A DNA stretch of 19,422 bases, from NCBI GenBank assembly GCA_046757025.1, contig JBHHXN010000096.1:1-19422 (forward strand). The letters are read 5' to 3'. Position 1 is the stretch's first letter. Each line of letters begins with the position of its first letter. This document shows, one piece after another, positions 15,862 through 19,422 of this stretch. The DNA is from a bacterium. Its GTDB lineage: Bacteria > Zhuqueibacterota > Zhuqueibacteria > Oceanimicrobiales > Oceanimicrobiaceae. Made by a program: the position numbers and the translations under genes. The notes under the pieces were generated by a model. That model did no database searches, was not told where the DNA came from, and saw nothing but the letters and a program-made list of their open reading frames with translations.

Positions 15862-17475
15862 ATGTCGAAGCTGCCAGTCAAAAAACCTGCATCTCCACCC
15901 GAGAGAAAAGAAGTATTTAAAACGGATTCGAATTTTACGCTTAAGTCCTTTTATTCCTTGGACGATTTGGATAACTCACAGATCGATGCTGAGAAGCCAG
16001 GGGAGCCTCCCTTTACCAGAGGAATTTACCCCAATATGTATCGCGGCCGATTCTGGACCATGCGGCAGTACAGTGGTTTCGGCACTGCCAAAGAAACCAA
16101 CGCGCGTTTCGCTTATTTGTTAAACAAAGGACAGACGGGATTGTCTGTGGCGTTTGACTTACCCACGCAAATGGGCTACGATTCCGATCACCCTATGGCC
16201 GAAGGCGAAGTGGGTAAATCCGGTGTGGCCATCGACAGTTTTGCTGACATAGAAATTCTATTCGATGGCATTCCCCTGGAAAAAATAACCACTTCCATGA
16301 CCATAAACGCCACAGCAGCAATTTTGCTTGCTTTGTACGTGGCCATGGCCAAAAAGCAGGGGGCCGATCTCAAAAAGATCAGTGGCACCATCCAGAATGA
16401 TATATTGAAAGAATATGTCGCACGCGCTACTTATATTTATCCACCAAAACCTTCCATGCGGCTGATCACAGATATTTTTGAATATTGCAAAGACCGCTTA
16501 CCAAGCTGGAACACCATTTCTATAAGCGGCTATCACATCCGGGAAGCGGGCTCCAACGCGGTTCAGGAGTTGGCCTTCGCGTTCGCTAACGCCATAGCCT
16601 ACGTGCAAGCAGCCGTGGAACGCGGTTTAAATGTGAATGAATTTGGTGCACGACTCTCGTTCTTTTTCGCGTGTCACAATCATTTTGTCGAGGAAATTGC
16701 CAAATTCCGGGCAGCGCGGCGCATCTGGACAAAAATCATGTCGGAGAAATTTCAGGCCACAAATCCAAAATCTCTTATGTTGAGATTTCACACCCAAACC
16801 GCTGGTTCGACCCTCACAGCACAACAACCCGATAACAACATCATCCGAGTGACCCTCCAGGCTTTAGCAGCGGTGCTGGGAGGCACACAGTCCCTGCACA
16901 CAAATTCAAAAGACGAAGCCCTGGCTTTGCCCACCGAAGAATCCGTACGAATAGCCTTGCGAACACAGCAAATTATTGCGCATGAATCGGGCATCGCCGA
17001 TGTGGTAGATCCTTTTGGAGGATCTTATTTTTTAGAAAAAATGACCACTGATATTGAAGAACGAGTATGGAACTATTTAGATACGATAGAAAAAATGGGC
17101 GGAGCCATTGCCGCCATTGAGAAAAAATATTTTCAAGCTGAAATCTCTAAAAGCGCTTATGACTTTCAGAAAGCCGTGGAATCGAAAGAAAAAATTGTAG
17201 TTGGAGTAAATGACTTCATTGAGGAAGGGGTTCAAAAACAGCGAATCTTAAAGGTGGATCCGGCTGTTAGAAAATTGCAGATTCAAAAGCTGAAAGAATT
17301 GAAAGCAAAACGCCATGGCGAGAGGGTTTCTCAGTTGCTGGCAAAATTGCAAAAAGCCGCGTCGGGAAGCTCGAATTTATTACCGATTATCATTGAATGT
17401 GTGGAAGCCTATGCCACATTAGGTGAAATATCGGATGCTTTGCGACAGGTTTTTGGAACTTACAAAGATGTTTGA
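15862..17475 (+). CDS. Methylmalonyl-CoA mutase family, substrate-binding large subunit (split type, no B12-binding domain)
   Basis: [59 protein letters not shown]. No DxHxxG cobalamin motif. Tyr in RQY plus Arg in EYVAR favour a methylmalonyl-CoA-type substrate. Confidence 0.92.
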   Translation: MSKLPVKKPASPPERKEVFKTDSNFTLKSFYSLDDLDNSQIDAEKPGEPPFTRGIYPNMYRGRFWTMRQYSGFGTAKETNARFAYLLNKGQTGLSVAFDLPTQMGYDSDHPMAEGEVGKSGVAIDSFADIEILFDGIPLEKITTSMTINATAAILLALYVAMAKKQGADLKKISGTIQNDILKEYVARATYIYPPKPSMRLITDIFEYCKDRLPSWNTISISGYHIREAGSNAVQELAFAFANAIAYVQAAVERGLNVNEFGARLSFFFACHNHFVEEIAKFRAARRIWTKIMSEKFQATNPKSLMLRFHTQTAGSTLTAQQPDNNIIRVTLQALAAVLGGTQSLHTNSKDEALALPTEESVRIALRTQQIIAHESGIADVVDPFGGSYFLEKMTTDIEERVWNYLDTIEKMGGAIAAIEKKYFQAEISKSAYDFQKAVESKEKIVVGVNDFIEEGVQKQRILKVDPAVRKLQIQKLKELKAKRHGERVSQLLAKLQKAASGSSNLLPIIIECVEAYATLGEISDALRQVFGTYKDV

Positions 17476-17493
17476 CGAAGGTGCGTTACTCAA

Positions 17494-18306
17494 ATGACAG
17501 CGAATGTAAATTCTTCACTGGACAATTTTCACGTAATTGCTGATGAAATTGCTGAGAGAATTCAAACGCGGTTCATTGGGAGGGAAATATACCCTTTTAT
17601 GGAAATCAGCTCCACCAACGATTATGCAAAAAGATTAACCAGGCGTGGCGAAAAAGAAGGCGCGCTGGTCATTGCGGATCATCAACGGCAGGGGAGAGGC
17701 AGACAACGACGTAAGTGGTACTCGCAGCCGGGAAAAGGTTTGTGCATTTCAATTATTCTGCGGCCTGTTTTAGCAACCGAGAAATTAGGCCTCATTTCGC
17801 TATTGGCTGGTGTGGTCATAGCGCAAACCGTGGAGAAACTAAGTCAGCTCAACCCGACGCTCAAATGGCCAAACGATGTGATGTTACAATCCAGGAAACT
17901 GAGCGGCATTTTAATTGAATCGGATTTTAAAGGAGGCCGGCTTACATCAATTGTAGTGGGGATTGGCATCAATATTAATCACGACGAGTCGGATTTTCAC
18001 TCCACAATCCGAAGTAAATCCACATCCTTGTACCTGGTCTCAAAAAAGATAACGAGCCGAGTCGATTTCATGGTTGCTTTTTTAAATCAATTTGAAGAGA
18101 TTTACCATCACATCGAAAAGGAAAATTATGAATATATCATCTCAGAATGGCTCAGGCGCTGCCCAAAATTTAAAAAACCCATCCGGATACAAATTGAAGA
18201 TCGCACGATTTCAGGTGTCTTCCATAATATCGATGGCAACGGCTGGCTTATCTTAAAACAGAAAAATGCACAACCGATCACCGTAAAAACAGGCGAGGTT
18301 TGTTGA
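17494..18306 (+). CDS. birA: Biotin--protein ligase without an N-terminal HTH
   Basis: SSTND, Q.QGRGRQRR.W, KWPND, KLSGIL, GIGININ and an SH3-like C-terminus. The N-terminus is too short for a DNA-binding domain. Confidence 0.93.
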   Translation: MTANVNSSLDNFHVIADEIAERIQTRFIGREIYPFMEISSTNDYAKRLTRRGEKEGALVIADHQRQGRGRQRRKWYSQPGKGLCISIILRPVLATEKLGLISLLAGVVIAQTVEKLSQLNPTLKWPNDVMLQSRKLSGILIESDFKGGRLTSIVVGIGININHDESDFHSTIRSKSTSLYLVSKKITSRVDFMVAFLNQFEEIYHHIEKENYEYIISEWLRRCPKFKKPIRIQIEDRTISGVFHNIDGNGWLILKQKNAQPITVKTGEVC

Positions 18307-18312
18307 AAAATC

Positions 18313-19095
18313 ATGAATAACAAATTACTTGTTGTTGATATTGGTAACACGCACATAACTCTGGGAATCTTCCAGGGAAACAAAATAACTGCTCACTGGC
18401 GCATATCAAGTGTCACCACACGAACCATTGATGAAAGTTGGATCATGGTGAAAATGTTGTGTCAAAGCGAAAATGTTGATATCAAAAGAATAACCGGCTG
18501 TGCCATTTCTTCTGTGGTGCCCGATCAGACCTTCGTGTTTTCTGCCATGGTTGAGAATGAACTGAACGTGCCAGTGGTCGTCGTGGATTCAAATTTGGAT
18601 ACTGGGATTGAAATTTTGTACCATGATCCAACTTCCGTTGGCGCTGATAGGATTTGCAATGCCGTGGCCGGATATGAAAAATTTGGCGGACCTTTGATCA
18701 TTGTGGATTTTGGAACCGCTACGACATTCGATATCGTTTCAGGCCACGCCGAGTATCTGGGCGGTATTATTGCGCCTGGTGTGGAAACATCGTCATTGGT
18801 GCTGCATAAATTTGCTGCCAGGTTGCCAAAAGTCGAATTAAAATTTCCGGAAAAAATCATCGGCACCACCACGGAATCCAGTATGCAGGCCGGCATAATG
18901 TATGGCACGGTGGAATTGGTGAATGGCTTGATTCAGCGAATATCAAAAGAGTTAGGCAATGAAAATGAGATTATTGCCACAGGCGGTATCGCAAAAATAA
19001 TGTCCCCCAAATTAGCCGTTACTCCAAAATTTGAACCCCATCTCACGTTAGAAGGATTGCAAATCATATTTAATCGCACCTGCAATCTTAAGTAA
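18313..19095 (+). CDS. coaX: Type III pantothenate kinase
   Basis: VDIGNT, VGADR, IVDFGTATT, GGIIAPG, ATGG, LTLEGL; common birA-coaX synteny. Confidence 0.95.
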   Translation: MNNKLLVVDIGNTHITLGIFQGNKITAHWRISSVTTRTIDESWIMVKMLCQSENVDIKRITGCAISSVVPDQTFVFSAMVENELNVPVVVVDSNLDTGIEILYHDPTSVGADRICNAVAGYEKFGGPLIIVDFGTATTFDIVSGHAEYLGGIIAPGVETSSLVLHKFAARLPKVELKFPEKIIGTTTESSMQAGIMYGTVELVNGLIQRISKELGNENEIIATGGIAKIMSPKLAVTPKFEPHLTLEGLQIIFNRTCNLK

Positions 19096-19113
19096 ATTTT
19101 TGTACCGTCCGGT

Positions 19114-19154
19114 AGCATTGCAAATGGACGTTATTTGCAATGCTTTGTGTCTTT
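19114..19154 (+). terminator. Probable terminator after coaX
   Basis: Perfect 12-bp inverted repeat AGCATTGCAAAT-GGACGTT-ATTTGCAATGCT (19114-19144) followed by T-rich TTGTGTCTTT. Confidence 0.6.
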
Positions 19155-19166
19155 GTGATTTCGTGG
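19143..19166. repeat. Three degenerate tandem 8-mers
   Basis: CTTTGTGT / CTTTGTGA / TTTCGTGG. Confidence 0.45.
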
Positions 19167-19199
19167 CTATGAATTATTTAGGCGAAGTCATTGGATCAA

Positions 19200-19350
19200 T
19201 TCAAAAAGCAAAATGAAAAAAGCAAATAAACAAGTTCCGTCCTGAAAAAAGTTGCCAGCATTTCTGAATACCTACCTTTTTGCGACCATGGTACGTACAC
19301 GGTTCTGATAAGTTCATTTGCATATTGTACTTTCAAATTTCCAATTTACA
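19200..19350. repeat. Two oppositely oriented arrays of degenerate heptamers
   Basis: Left array TTCAAAA/AGCAAAA/TGAAAAA/AGCAAAT (19200-19227). Right array ATTTGCA/TATTGTA/CTTTCAA/ATTTCCA/ATTTACA (19316-19350). The spacer is 88 bp. Confidence 0.35.
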
Positions 19351-19422
19351 TTTACGGCTTTTCCGTGCTGGACAAACTGTTCAATTATTGACCACCTACC
19401 AAGAAATTACACACTTTTTTTT

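Noticed and set aside
19291..19305. GTACGTACACGGTTC resembling the 3' side of group II intron domain V
   Set aside because: The 5' arm with the catalytic AGC/CGC triad and GNRA loop is absent.

Overview
Bacterial chromosomal window, mostly housekeeping genes on the + strand. Gene content and order suggest an FCB-related lineage such as KSB1, Calditrichota or Ignavibacteria (inference only). Order: probable right end of an IS1595-family element interrupting a DUF6883-like gene, DUF4926, purL, an MIO-family ammonia-lyase, hisS, a ~500-bp intergenic region, a minus-strand DUF4296-like putative lipoprotein, a tightly coupled radA-tgt-yajC-def-fmt-rsmB-PASTA-rpe cluster, a cold-shock gene with its own promoter and terminator, a hypothetical gene, xerD, a split methylmalonyl-CoA mutase large subunit, birA and coaX. 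Three items stand out. (1) An apparently unannotated ~230-nt minus-strand transcription unit after hisS, with a consensus sigma-54 -24/-12 promoter, candidate IHF and enhancer sites, a CsrA-type GGA hairpin, a 42-codon ORF and an intrinsic terminator. (2) The ammonia-lyase has Ala-Cys-Gly instead of Ala-Ser-Gly as its MIO-forming triad. (3) A kinase-less PASTA protein sits in the syntenic slot of the Firmicute PrkC kinase. All family assignments come from motif recognition by eye; no searches were run.
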